A DNA stretch of 37,211 bases from an uncultured Gammaproteobacteria bacterium (GTDB lineage Bacteria > Pseudomonadota > Gammaproteobacteria > Thiohalorhabdales > Thiohalorhabdaceae). Position numbers and translations under genes: made by a program. Shown here one piece after another: positions 20,658 through 30,942 of this stretch; within the stretch, counting starts at the first letter, position 1, and each line of letters starts with the position of its first letter. Below the pieces are notes generated by a model. That model worked only from the letters and a program-made list of their open reading frames with translations. It had not been told where the DNA came from and ran no database searches. The stretch is from NCBI GenBank assembly GCA_964452535.1, contig CAYVMM010000002.1, positions 1 through 37,211 of the forward strand, written 5' to 3'.

Positions 20658-21191
20658 ATGAGCGACAAGCGCCAACCGGACCACGAGCCGGGAGAATCAT
20701 CGGAACGCTCCCCCCAAGATAAAGGGAAGCGGCACCAGGGTCCCGATAGCACCTCTCCCTATCCTGTCGAGCGGGGCGCACCGGCCTTCAGCCTAGTGGA
20801 TACGGCTCAGGAGATCGAAAAGGCCGACGAGATGGTGCATGCCCGGGTGAGCGGCAAGCTCAAGGTCATCGCGGATCAGATCAAGGCCCTTCAGGCCGAA
20901 GCCGAAGGGATCCTAAACACGGCTCAGCAGGACATGGAACTTCATCAAGCAAAATGCAATTTCAGGCGTCAGCCCGGCAAGATCTACCATCTCTATGAAA
21001 AAGCGGACGGCACCCTCTATTTCTCCATGCTCTCTCCGGAAGACTGGAAAGGGGATCCCCCAGATCCGTTTCGGGGCTCTTACCGTTTGGAGCCCGACTA
21101 TTCTTGGACACCCGCAGAAGAGGTCGATAAGCCCGATGATACTCGGGCCTTGGTCAATCGCCTTTTAGAAGATCGCGGGTTGGACCAGTAG
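20658..21191 (+). CDS. DUF2452-like protein
   Basis: KLKVIADQIKALQ coiled coil followed by CNF...PGKIYHLY...SMLSPEDW; recalled as DUF2452. Confidence 0.75.
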   Translation: MSDKRQPDHEPGESSERSPQDKGKRHQGPDSTSPYPVERGAPAFSLVDTAQEIEKADEMVHARVSGKLKVIADQIKALQAEAEGILNTAQQDMELHQAKCNFRRQPGKIYHLYEKADGTLYFSMLSPEDWKGDPPDPFRGSYRLEPDYSWTPAEEVDKPDDTRALVNRLLEDRGLDQ

Positions 21192-22374
21192 CCGGATTAG
21201 GCTGGACTGCAACCTTCCCCGCTTGCATCACAAAAAGTCCCATCAGCGCGAGCCCGGAGGCTGCCCAGTAGGTGGCCGCCCCCCCAATAACTCCCCACAG
21301 TGTGCCTGCAAGCAAGGAGCCCACGCCACCACCCAAGCCAAAGGCTAGGCTGGAATAGAGAGCGAAGCCAGTGGAGCGTTGGCTTGGGGGGAAAAGGTCA
21401 TGCGTATGGCGGGCCGAGGCCGCGTGAAAGAGGGCAAAGGTCGCTGCGTGCAGGACCTGGGCCAACAGCAGCCAACTCAGCTGGACTGTAGTACCGATCA
21501 GTGCCCAGCGGAGCCCAGCCAGCCCCAGACTCCCCGCTAAGAGACGTCGAACACCGAAGCGGTGCACCAATTGATCCGTAATGAGGAAAACAACAACCTC
21601 CGCAAGCACCCCTAGGGCCCAGAGCAGACCGATAATCAGGCGCGGATAGCCGTGATCCTGGAGGAGGATCGAAAAGAAGCCGTAGTAAGCTCCGTGACTA
21701 GCTTGCATTAGAAAAGTTGTGGCAAAGAATCCCCAGATGGGAGGCTGCTTCAACCGCTCCAGGAGAGATACCTGGTCCGAGACTGGGGTTTCCCGCGTGG
21801 GTTCGGGGATCAGGAGCGTCAGTAGGAAGATGCCAAGGAAAAGTGCAGCAAGGCCGTGGAGGAGTTGCTCCATACCGAAGCGATCCAAGATCGGTCCCAG
21901 CCCAGCCGCCGTACCAATGAAGCCCATCGATCCCCACAAGCGGATCCGTCCGTAATGGGCGCGATATCGCTGGATCAGATCCCAAACCGCCCCCTCGACG
22001 AGTGGCAAGGGGCCCGCGTGGAAAAAAGCGAACAGTGCCACTAGCGGTAGCATAGCCCAAAAGGTTCGAAACCCGTATAAAGGGAGGAAGGCGAAAAGCG
22101 CGAACAGGGCGGTCGCTCGGGCTACCGCCATACGCTGGCCCGTACGGTCCGCTAGAGGGCCCCAAACGTTGGGGGCCACGACTTTGGTGAGCTGGAGGAT
22201 CCCTACCAGAGTCCCGATCTGGAAGGCCCCCATGCCTAGCGAATCCAGGTAGAGACTCCAATAGGGCAGAAGGCACCCAAGGGTGGCGAAATAGACAAAA
22301 TAGAATCCCCCGAACCCGAGTGCCAAAGGGGGCCGCATCCCGAGCTCGGCACAGGCACCAGTTTGGGTGTCCAC
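21154..22374 (-). CDS. MFS transporter (HcaT/PPP-like)
   Basis: About 12 hydrophobic segments, YGRIRLWGSMGF, MQASHGAYYGF, LHAATFALFH; GTG start with an AGGAG SD; downstream of aroC. Confidence 0.88.
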   Translation of the reverse strand: MDTQTGACAELGMRPPLALGFGGFYFVYFATLGCLLPYWSLYLDSLGMGAFQIGTLVGILQLTKVVAPNVWGPLADRTGQRMAVARATALFALFAFLPLYGFRTFWAMLPLVALFAFFHAGPLPLVEGAVWDLIQRYRAHYGRIRLWGSMGFIGTAAGLGPILDRFGMEQLLHGLAALFLGIFLLTLLIPEPTRETPVSDQVSLLERLKQPPIWGFFATTFLMQASHGAYYGFFSILLQDHGYPRLIIGLLWALGVLAEVVVFLITDQLVHRFGVRRLLAGSLGLAGLRWALIGTTVQLSWLLLAQVLHAATFALFHAASARHTHDLFPPSQRSTGFALYSSLAFGLGGGVGSLLAGTLWGVIGGAATYWAASGLALMGLFVMQAGKVAVQPNPATGPTRDLLKGD

Positions 22375-22435
22375 GGGGACTCCTATGGGGTAAGTGAAGG
22401 CCTCAACGGCAAAGACCCACCTCAGCAGCGATGGG

Positions 22436-23512
22436 CTATTCCATCGGCGGGCGCTGACCGCACTGGGCGTAATCCCGCAGGTAATGATCCATCACAGTTA
22501 GGACAGTCATGGCCTCCACAATGGGCACGGCTCGAATCCCCACGCAGGGATCATGGCGCCCCTTGGTAGTCACAGTGGTCTCATGGCCCGCCGTATCTAG
22601 GCTCCTGCGGGGCTTGCGAATACTCGATGTGGGCTTGACCGCTACCCGAGCGATTAGGGCCTGGCCGCTACTGATCCCCCCCAGCACTCCACCGGCCTCA
22701 TTGGACAGAAAACCGGTGGCATCCATCTCGTCCCCGTGCTCCGATCCTCGCTGATGAACCACTTCAAACCCCGCCCCAATGGCTACCCCCTTCACCGCAT
22801 TGATGCCCATCAGGGCTTTGCTCCAATCCGCCTCCAAGCGATCAAAAACCGGCTCCCCCAAGCCGGGAGGCACTCCCAGCGCTTCCACATAGATCTGGGC
22901 ACCGACGGAGTCGCCCTCCCTTCGGAGTCGACTGATGCTCTCCTCCAGCTCCGTCACTCGTTCGGGATCGGGGCTGAAGAAGGGATTGGCCTCAACCGCC
23001 GACCAGTCCTTCCGCGTGAGCCGGATATCCCCCATGGTCTCGAGGCAGGCCCGAATCCGTACGCCAAGCTGCTCTCTTAGGTATTTCCGAGCAATGGCAC
23101 CGGCAGCCACGCGAAGGGCCGTCTCGCGGGCGGAAGCTCGCCCTCCACCTCGATGGTCTCGGCGTCCGTACTTGATCCAATAGGTATAATCGGCATGGCC
23201 CGGACGAAACTTGTCCTTGAGCTCATCGTAGTCCTTGCTGCGCTGATCGGTATTCCGGATCAATAAACCAATGGGCGTACCTGTGGTCTTCCCTTCAAAC
23301 ACCCCCGAAAGGATCTCCACCTCATCCGTTTCCCGACGCTGAGAAGTGTATCGGGACTGGCCCGGTCGCCTCCGGTCCAGCTCCTGCTGGATATCCTCCG
23401 CTGACAGGGTTAGCCCCGGAGGACAGCCGTCCACCACCCCGCCCAGAGCAGGCCCATGACTCTCTCCAAAACTGGTCAGACGAAACAAATGCCCAAAGGA
23501 ATTCCCAGGCAT
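22436..23512 (-). CDS. aroC: Chorismate synthase
   Basis: [32 protein letters not shown]; ATG 23512 with a GGGGAGG SD. Confidence 0.97.
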   Translation of the reverse strand: MPGNSFGHLFRLTSFGESHGPALGGVVDGCPPGLTLSAEDIQQELDRRRPGQSRYTSQRRETDEVEILSGVFEGKTTGTPIGLLIRNTDQRSKDYDELKDKFRPGHADYTYWIKYGRRDHRGGGRASARETALRVAAGAIARKYLREQLGVRIRACLETMGDIRLTRKDWSAVEANPFFSPDPERVTELEESISRLRREGDSVGAQIYVEALGVPPGLGEPVFDRLEADWSKALMGINAVKGVAIGAGFEVVHQRGSEHGDEMDATGFLSNEAGGVLGGISSGQALIARVAVKPTSSIRKPRRSLDTAGHETTVTTKGRHDPCVGIRAVPIVEAMTVLTVMDHYLRDYAQCGQRPPME

Positions 23513-23886
23513 CCGGTGTTGCCTCCCCCGCAACCGATTCTTAACCAAAAGAGCGCCCGGGGCCTCTTGCTCAAAGAGGGGGGTATCCTACCATGAGCTT
23601 TGGCTCCTTGGGGTTAGTGCTGTTGTCCCCACTCGCTTCAGCTGGAGCTGGGCCGTCTGGGCGTCCGATGAATCCGGAAAGTTATCCTGGTTGCGGAATT
23701 CTTGACGGAAAAATCAGACCTCGGGTATGGATCATAGGAGTTCTCTGCGTGCCGAAAATGGCTGGCAAAGCCCCTTCCGAAGATCATTGCTCCACCGCTT
23801 CTATGTTAGACTGACCAAGGCTAGGAAAGGGACACTATTTTTTGTCACGTATTGGTTAGGATCAGGCCGCTGTCAGGGAGCATGCA

Positions 23887-25842
23887 TTGGACTGGTTAAC
23901 GGAAAAAGATTCCGAAACGGCCCATCCTCCGAGCCCCTCATCGAATGATATGAGCGAGGGCCTTTTGGAGGAGCGTCTCGTCCGTGCTCAACAAGGCCTT
24001 CTCCGAGAGCAAAAGCGTGACGGGCACTGGTGTTACGAGCTCGAAGCCGATTGCACCATTCCGTCAGAATACATCCTCATGATGCACTTCATGGACGAGA
24101 TTAACGAAGAGCTGGAGATCAAGCTCGCCCGCTATATCCGGGCCCGGCAAGATTCCGCCCATGGCGGCTGGCCTTTATATGAAGGGGGACACTTCGACCT
24201 GAGCTGTACTGTTAAGGCGTACTACGCCTTGAAGGTCGCTGGAGAGGACCCCGAGGCCGAGCACATGGCCGCCGCTCGGCAGGCTATTTTGGACCATGGG
24301 GGGGCCGCAAGGGCCAACGCCTTTACGCGCATCTTATTGGCTCAGTTTGGTCAACTTCCCTGGCGGGGGGTTCCCATGGTGCCCCCCGAAATTATGCTCT
24401 TGCCCCGCTGGTTTCCCTTCCATTTAAGCAAAGTTTCCTACTGGTCCCGGACGGTCATGGTGCCTCTGGCCATCCTTTACGCCCTGCGAGCTCAAGCCCA
24501 AAACCCTCGTCGAGTTGGCGTACAGGAGCTATTTACCACCCCTCCGGAGAAGGAGCGTAACTATTTCCCCACTTGGTCTTGGACCAATCGCTGCTTTCTG
24601 ATCCTGGAGCGCACCGCTGCGCGTCTCGAACCGCTGGTGCCCCGTCGTCTTCGAAATCGAGCGATCCAACGGGCCACGGACTGGATCATCGAGCGTTTAA
24701 ACGGCGAGGATGGCTTAGGCGCCATTTTTCCGGCTATGGTCAATGCCTACGAGGCCTTCGCCTGCCTTGGCTACGGTCCCGATCACCCCTTTCGGATTCA
24801 AGCTGGCCGAGCTCTGCGCCATCTCGTGGTCGATCGCGATGAAGAGGCCTACTGTCAGCCTTGCGTTTCCCCTGTCTGGGACACAACCCTAGCCCTCCAC
24901 GCCCTTCTGGAGAGTCCAGAGAACCCACTTCCCCGCGGCACTCAAAAGGGGTTGGAGTGGCTTGCGGAGCGCCAGATATGCGAACCCATAGGAGATTGGC
25001 GGGATAAACACCCCGAGCTCCCCGCCGGCGGATGGGCCTTTCAATACAATAACGCCCATTATCCCGATCTGGACGATACCGCCGCCGTAGCCGTGGCGAT
25101 GCACCAGTCAGGACGCCGAGACCGCTATGGCGTCGCCATCCAGCGAGCTCTCACCTGGATCCGGGGGATGCAATCCAAGGATGGGGGATTTGCAGCTTTT
25201 GATTCCGACAACACCCATTATTACCTCAACCACATCCCCTTCGCCGATCACGGGGCCTTGCTCGATCCCCCCACCTGCGATGTGACCGCCCGCTGCGTCG
25301 GCTCCCTCGGGCTGGCCGGTGGCTCGGACTCGCGGGAATCCCTTCGCCGGGCAGTTGAATTCCTTCGACGCCACCAGGAGCCGGAAGGGGCTTGGTTTGG
25401 CCGTTGGGGGACCAATTACATCTACGGCACTTGGTCCGTCCTGGACGCCCTGGCCAAGGCTGGGGAGGACATGAGCCAGCCCTGGATCCAGCGAGCTGTC
25501 ACTTGGTTAAAAGGGGTACAGCAACCTGACGGCGGCTGGGGCGAGGAAAACGACAGCTACTTTCACCCCGAGCACAAGGGCCAAGCTGCGCGGAGTACGC
25601 CCTTCCATACGGCATGGGCCCTCCTTGCCCTTTTGGCCAGCGGGGAAAGGGATTCGACGGCGGTATTATCCGGGATGGATTACCTCCTCCGCCATCAGAG
25701 GTGCGATGGACTCTGGGAGGATCCTTGGTTCACTGCACCTGGTTTCCCTCGAGTCTTTCATCTCAAATACCACGGCTATACCCGCTACTTTCCCCTCCAG
25801 GCACTGGCCCGTTACCACCAGTTAGCTCGAGATCGCGCTTGA
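23887..25842 (+). CDS. shc: Squalene-hopene cyclase
   Basis: YPDLDDTA (DxDD), QW repeats (QSKDGGF, QEPEGAWFGRWG, QQPDGGWGE), GFPRVFHLKYHGY. Start is TTG 23887 (GGGAG SD) or ATG 23950. Confidence 0.97.
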   Translation: MDWLTEKDSETAHPPSPSSNDMSEGLLEERLVRAQQGLLREQKRDGHWCYELEADCTIPSEYILMMHFMDEINEELEIKLARYIRARQDSAHGGWPLYEGGHFDLSCTVKAYYALKVAGEDPEAEHMAAARQAILDHGGAARANAFTRILLAQFGQLPWRGVPMVPPEIMLLPRWFPFHLSKVSYWSRTVMVPLAILYALRAQAQNPRRVGVQELFTTPPEKERNYFPTWSWTNRCFLILERTAARLEPLVPRRLRNRAIQRATDWIIERLNGEDGLGAIFPAMVNAYEAFACLGYGPDHPFRIQAGRALRHLVVDRDEEAYCQPCVSPVWDTTLALHALLESPENPLPRGTQKGLEWLAERQICEPIGDWRDKHPELPAGGWAFQYNNAHYPDLDDTAAVAVAMHQSGRRDRYGVAIQRALTWIRGMQSKDGGFAAFDSDNTHYYLNHIPFADHGALLDPPTCDVTARCVGSLGLAGGSDSRESLRRAVEFLRRHQEPEGAWFGRWGTNYIYGTWSVLDALAKAGEDMSQPWIQRAVTWLKGVQQPDGGWGEENDSYFHPEHKGQAARSTPFHTAWALLALLASGERDSTAVLSGMDYLLRHQRCDGLWEDPWFTAPGFPRVFHLKYHGYTRYFPLQALARYHQLARDRA

Positions 25843-26573
25843 GTCCCGTCGGTGTTGTCAGTGCCCTGTCTCCGGAAGGCTATTGTCTAACCGGGGAATG
25901 GGTTCCAGTAGGCGGTCGAGCGCCCCTTCCAAAGGGCACAGGCTGGCTGGCCGTCTCCGGTGTTGGCCCGGGGCGAGCCCAGAAGGCCGTCGAGCCTCTC
26001 ATAGTGGCGGGGGCTACTGCGCTCGTCAGTTGGGGATTTGCTGGGGGCCTAGATCCCCGATTGGCACCCGGCACGCTCATCCTTCCCGAATCGATTGCTG
26101 CAAGCCCTCAGGGCAGGATCGACCTCGCCTGGCGCCAGGAAGTCATCGCCGCCCTCGACGGGAGACTTCCCATAATCGGGGGCGCCTTAGCTCACGCCCA
26201 GCGGGCCCTTGTGAGCCCTTCCGAAAAGGCCGTATTGGCTCGTAAGACTGGGGCCGTCGCTGTGGATCAAGAAAGCGCCATTCTTGCCAGGGAAGCAGAC
26301 AGGATCGGTGTCCCTTTTCTTGCCCTCCGTGCCATCCTGGACCCTGCCGGGCAAGCCCTACCCTATCGAGTCACCGAAAAGGCCGACAGTCTGGGGGAAG
26401 TGCCAACTCGGTGGCTCGTAGGGGAGCTATTCCGACATCCGGGCGAGTTAAGGCCCTTTATGGCTCTGCTCAAGCCCTTTGGACGAGCCAGGCGCCGTCT
26501 CCATAGCGTTGCCCGCCTCGCTGATCCCATCTTCCAGGCCCCTTCTCCTCCCGCCAAGAGCCATCTTATATAG
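25839..26573 (+). CDS. hpnG: Hopanoid-associated nucleosidase/phosphorylase
   Basis: SGVGP, VSWGFAGGLDP, AVDQES, ALRAILD (PNP/UDP fold); TTG start overlaps the shc stop (TTGA). Confidence 0.85.
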   Translation: MSPVGVVSALSPEGYCLTGEWVPVGGRAPLPKGTGWLAVSGVGPGRAQKAVEPLIVAGATALVSWGFAGGLDPRLAPGTLILPESIAASPQGRIDLAWRQEVIAALDGRLPIIGGALAHAQRALVSPSEKAVLARKTGAVAVDQESAILAREADRIGVPFLALRAILDPAGQALPYRVTEKADSLGEVPTRWLVGELFRHPGELRPFMALLKPFGRARRRLHSVARLADPIFQAPSPPAKSHLI

Positions 26574-26829
26574 GGGCTAGCCTTGGATAGACTAGGCTGA
26601 GACCATGGAGATCAAGAGGGGCAATTCTGGCTACTCCCTGTCCTGGCAAGCGCTCTTCCTTCAAGCCCGGCTGGCAAGAGGAACGGTCCTCGGTATCATG
26701 GGTCTTTGTTATATTGGGAGGCGATTTCTCCTCCCCCGGTCAGCAACCGACAGACCCTAGACAAAGATAGGCCTTCCCCGCTCGTTTCTCAGACGAGTCC
26801 GAGGGGGCTGAACAATTTGGGGACAAGTC

Positions 26830-27975
26830 ATGGGAATCCCGCTCCGGCAGCAAATCCGAATCGGAAGTTACATCATTGGCCAAAAGCTTCAGGGTAATCC
26901 GCATTATCCCTTGGTTCTCATGCTGGAGCCCCTATTCCAATGCAACCTGGCCTGTGCGGGTTGCGGGAAGATCCAGTACCCAGATGACATCCTGGCTCAG
27001 CGAATGTCGAAAGAAGAATGCTGGGAAGCAGCGGAGGAATGCGGTGCGCCCATGGTGTCCATCGCTGGCGGGGAGCCTCTTCTACACAAGCAAATGCCAG
27101 AGATTGTCGAAGGCTTTATCCGACGCAAAAAGTTTGTCTATCTCTGCACCAACGCCCTTCTTGCAACAAAGCGTATGAAGGACTATGCCCCTTCCCCCTA
27201 CTTGACCTTTTCCATCCATCTAGACGGGGACCGGGAGAATCACGATGCTTCGGTCTGCCAGGAGGGAGTTTTTGACCGGGCTGTTGAGGCCATTCGGCAG
27301 TTACGGGAGCAAGGTTTCCGAGTGAATATCAACGCTACCCTTTTCCAAGGGGAAGGCGCAGAGGAGATAGTAAATTTCTTCGATAAGGCCAAGGCACTGG
27401 GGGTGGAAGGAATCACGGTGTCTCCCGGCTACGAATACGAATGGGCCCCTCGCCAGGACATTTTCCTGGGGCGCAATACCACCAAAGAGCTTTTCCGTAG
27501 CATCTTCCGGCTTGGACAGGGACGGAAATGGCCTTTGAGCCATTCGAGCCTGTACTTGGATTTCCTCGCAGGCAACCAGAAATATCAATGCACTCCGTGG
27601 GGCAATCCCACGCGGAACCTCTTCGGCTGGCAGCGTCCCTGTTATCTCCACGCTGATGGAGGTTACGCTGATACCTTCCGCGAGCTCATGGAGGAAACGG
27701 ACTGGGAAAGCTATGGGGTGGGCCGACACCCCAAGTGTCGGGACTGCATGGCCCACTGTGGATTCGAGGCAACTGCCGTGGAAGACACCTTCCGCCACCC
27801 GCTCAAAGCCCTTAAGACGGCCTTACGAGGCCCCCGCACAGAAGGGCCCATGGCTCCCGAGCATCCGGTCCTATACGACTCGCAGACCCAACATCAGGCC
27901 CCCTCCTCACAGGGTTCAGGGGAAACTGCCACCATCCCCTTGGAGATGGTAGGCGGACGGAATACCCATCAATAG
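26830..27975 (+). CDS. hpnH: Radical SAM adenosylhopane synthase
   Basis: YPLVLMLEPLFQCNLACAGCGKI (CxxxCxxC), GGEPLLH, CTPWGNPTRN, CRDCMAHCGFE. Confidence 0.95.
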   Translation: MGIPLRQQIRIGSYIIGQKLQGNPHYPLVLMLEPLFQCNLACAGCGKIQYPDDILAQRMSKEECWEAAEECGAPMVSIAGGEPLLHKQMPEIVEGFIRRKKFVYLCTNALLATKRMKDYAPSPYLTFSIHLDGDRENHDASVCQEGVFDRAVEAIRQLREQGFRVNINATLFQGEGAEEIVNFFDKAKALGVEGITVSPGYEYEWAPRQDIFLGRNTTKELFRSIFRLGQGRKWPLSHSSLYLDFLAGNQKYQCTPWGNPTRNLFGWQRPCYLHADGGYADTFRELMEETDWESYGVGRHPKCRDCMAHCGFEATAVEDTFRHPLKALKTALRGPRTEGPMAPEHPVLYDSQTQHQAPSSQGSGETATIPLEMVGGRNTHQ

Positions 27976-28196
27976 CCGGCCTGGGCCTCCCCCAACCGTG
28001 GTTGCCTTCGTTCGAGCGAGGGCCCTCGGTTTGGGGTCGTCGCTTCACAGACTCCGTTCCACTCGTTTCGCTCCCCCCTTCAAGGCCCGGTCAAGGCGGA
28101 GCCGAAAAGCGCCCCTTATAGGTGGAGCTTGGTAGCTTCCGGGTCATGACTAGCAAGTAGAACAATCGGAGGAGGTTACTTTTCACGCTGTGAAGG

Positions 28197-28239
28197 TTGA
28201 ACGCTATCAATACAGAAAAGTAAGGAATAACAATACACT
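28197..28239 (+). promoter_or_regulatory. FNR/CRP-family box plus -10 element upstream of hpnN
   Basis: TTGAA-CGCT-ATCAA at 28197-28210 (9/10 match to TTGAT-N4-ATCAA) and TACACT at 28234-28239; class II spacing. Confidence 0.55.
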
Positions 28240-28269
28240 AGCTGCCATCCCCGCCTTGGGCGCTCTCCT

Positions 28270-30942
28270 GTGATCCCTTTGGGCTCGGGAAATAAGGGAA
28301 ATCGAGGTGGGAGTGGCTGGCTAAGCCGCTGGGTGAAGGGGGTCACCCGATGGTACGGGACGATCATCTTCCTTTGCACCACCTTGACGATCTTGGCCGG
28401 TTACTACGCTGTCGGGAATTTAGGCATGGACACCGATACTGCCCAGCTACTGGAGAAGGATCGGTTAAGCCATCAGACAGCCAGAAGCTATAAACGCCAA
28501 TTTCCGGAGAAAGACGATCAGCTTCTGATCCTAGTGGAGGCAGATACCCCCGAGCAGGCGGACAAGCTGGCGGCCCAGCTCGCGAAACAGCTGAAAGGAA
28601 AGAGAGAATATTTCCGGTCAGTGTACCAGCCCGGAGCCGATCCCTTTTTCGAGCGCAACGCCCTTTTGTATCAAGCTCCTCCCCAGCTGCGGAAGCTAAC
28701 CAATCACTTGACAGCAGCCGCACCCCTTTTGGCTCGGCTGAGCCAAGACCTGAGCCTTGTTCAGCTCTTTGAGACCACGAGTCAGCTTGTGGAGCGTCCG
28801 ACTCCCTCCCGGAAGAGCTTGGATCCCCTTTTGGAAGGCATCAATGAGGTGGTTGTTGCCGAGCTGAGCGGAGAAACCGCCACCCTCTCCTGGCAGCACC
28901 TCTTCCAGGGTAAGGACGCCGTATCCCCCAAACCGGCTCGGCGCCTTTTGATGGTTTCCCCTCGACTCGATTTCAATCGCCTGCTGCCTGCTTCGGAGCC
29001 CATGAAGGCCTTGGATCGAATTGTCCAGGAACTGCAGATCGGTGGGAAGGGGTATCCGCGAATCCGGGTCACAGGGGAGGTCGCCCTTAAGCATGAGGAG
29101 CTGCAAAGCGCTCTTCAAGGGGGGCAGAGGAGCGGGCTTGCCACCCTCGTTTTGGTAGGCCTCCTTTTATGGGTGGGCCTTCGCTCCATCCGTCTAGTGA
29201 TAATCGCTGTGGTTACCCTTCTCGCCGGTCTGACACTAACCGCTGGCTTCGCCGCGTTTACCGTCGGCGACCTGAATCTGATCTCTATTGCTTTTGCCGT
29301 CCTCTACATCGGATTAGGGATCGATTACGCCATCCACTTCATCCTGCGTTACCGGGAGCTCCGCCGAGGCGATACCGACAACCGTGACGCTCTAACCAGG
29401 ACAGGAAAGGAAATCGGCGGCTCCCTCACCCTTTGCGCCCTGTCCACCTCAATCGGCTTCTACGCCTTCATCCCCACCGCCTTCACCGGCGTCTCCGAGT
29501 TGGGCCTAATCGCTGGCACCAGCATGTTCATCAGCCTTCTCTTGAGCTTGACCCTGCTTCCGGCCCTTCTTACCGGTTTCCCAGCCCGTGCCAACGGTGT
29601 CCCGCATGGGGGCATATCGCCGAGCCTTTTGCGTCTGGCCGAGGCTCCCCTGCGCCACCGGAAGGGGACCCTCCTGGCAGCACTAGGGGCTGCTCTGGTC
29701 TCTTTGGCCCTTCTCCCTCGTATCCAATTCGACTATAACCCCCTTAACCTACGGAGCCCGACAAGCGAGTCGGTGGTAGCTTTCCAAGATCTCATATCGG
29801 ACGGCTCAATGCCCTCCCCTAGGCCGGCAATCACCCTAGCCAATGGGGCTGAAACGGCTCGTAAGAAAGCCCGTCGACTGGAAAGGTTGGACAGCGTCTC
29901 TGAAGCACGGTCTCTCTTCCATTTCGTTCCGGAAAATCAGGAAAAGAAATTAGCCCTTGTCCAAGAGCTGGCCTCCAAACTGCATTCCTCCCTTCAAAAT
30001 GGCCAGCTTGAGCGCAAGGGGTACGATCGGAAAAGGCAGCTAGCAAGCCTCCGTGAGCTTTGGTCGGCCTTAGCGGCTAGGGCGAGCAAGAAAAAGGGAG
30101 AGCCATCCTTATTGGCCCAGAATTTGGACCGGCTCATCCGCCGGTTGCAGGCTTCCCGCCCGCAGGTTCAGTCTCGTATCCTGGATCGGCTCGCCCGAGG
30201 GCTTCTTCGGACCTTGCCTGAGAATCTGGGACAGCTCACCAAGGCACTAAATGCCTCGCGCGTCACCCGAAGCGATCTTCCGAAATCCCTCCGTGACCAA
30301 TGGGCGGCTTCCGGAGCCATTTATCGCGTGGCGGTCTACCCTGAGGAAGAACTGGAAACCGCGGCTCACTTGCGGCGCTTCGTAAACGACGTGCGCAAGG
30401 TTGCCCCCGATGCGGCTGGCGTTCCCGTGCTGAACCTGGAGGCGGGAGATGCCGTCGTATCCGCCCTTTTGAAGGCCCTAGGACTGGCGCTAACCGGGAT
30501 CACCTTGATTGTGCTTTTCTTGTTGCGAGAATGGTCGGCTACGGTAACGGTTCTCGGCCCCCTTCTGCTAGCTGCCCTGATAACGGGAGGGGCTACCGTC
30601 GCCATGGACCTTCCTTTTAACTTTGCCAATATCATCGCCCTTCCGTTGCTGCTTGGCATCGGCGTGGACAGCGGGATCCATATGGTGCATCGGGCGCGCC
30701 AAGCCTTGCCACGTCATGGGAACCTTCTCCGTACGAGCACAGCCCGCGCCGTTGTCTTCAGCACACTGACCTCCGCCTGCGGTTTCGGGAGTCTTGCCTT
30801 TTCCAGCCATCCAGGAACCGCTAGTATGGGCCAGCTCCTCACTTTGGGCGTACTGGCGATCCTGTTCTCAACCCTTGTTGTCCTCCCGGCCCTAATTCGG
30901 GGCTTTGATCCCGCGGCTATCGGCGAGTCGCGCTCCCCTTAA
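28270..30942 (+). CDS. hpnN: Hopanoid RND/MMPL transporter
   Basis: Two MMPL-type halves (LNLISIAFAVLYIGLGIDYAIH; FNFANIIALPLLLGIGVDSGIH...SHPGTASMG), PFFERNALLY, FDYNPLNL. Start codon uncertain. Confidence 0.92.
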   Translation: MIPLGSGNKGNRGGSGWLSRWVKGVTRWYGTIIFLCTTLTILAGYYAVGNLGMDTDTAQLLEKDRLSHQTARSYKRQFPEKDDQLLILVEADTPEQADKLAAQLAKQLKGKREYFRSVYQPGADPFFERNALLYQAPPQLRKLTNHLTAAAPLLARLSQDLSLVQLFETTSQLVERPTPSRKSLDPLLEGINEVVVAELSGETATLSWQHLFQGKDAVSPKPARRLLMVSPRLDFNRLLPASEPMKALDRIVQELQIGGKGYPRIRVTGEVALKHEELQSALQGGQRSGLATLVLVGLLLWVGLRSIRLVIIAVVTLLAGLTLTAGFAAFTVGDLNLISIAFAVLYIGLGIDYAIHFILRYRELRRGDTDNRDALTRTGKEIGGSLTLCALSTSIGFYAFIPTAFTGVSELGLIAGTSMFISLLLSLTLLPALLTGFPARANGVPHGGISPSLLRLAEAPLRHRKGTLLAALGAALVSLALLPRIQFDYNPLNLRSPTSESVVAFQDLISDGSMPSPRPAITLANGAETARKKARRLERLDSVSEARSLFHFVPENQEKKLALVQELASKLHSSLQNGQLERKGYDRKRQLASLRELWSALAARASKKKGEPSLLAQNLDRLIRRLQASRPQVQSRILDRLARGLLRTLPENLGQLTKALNASRVTRSDLPKSLRDQWAASGAIYRVAVYPEEELETAAHLRRFVNDVRKVAPDAAGVPVLNLEAGDAVVSALLKALGLALTGITLIVLFLLREWSATVTVLGPLLLAALITGGATVAMDLPFNFANIIALPLLLGIGVDSGIHMVHRARQALPRHGNLLRTSTARAVVFSTLTSACGFGSLAFSSHPGTASMGQLLTLGVLAILFSTLVVLPALIRGFDPAAIGESRSP

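Noticed and set aside
25614-25838. N-terminal extension of hpnG
   Set aside because: It overlaps shc; a coupled TTG start at 25839 fits the family better.
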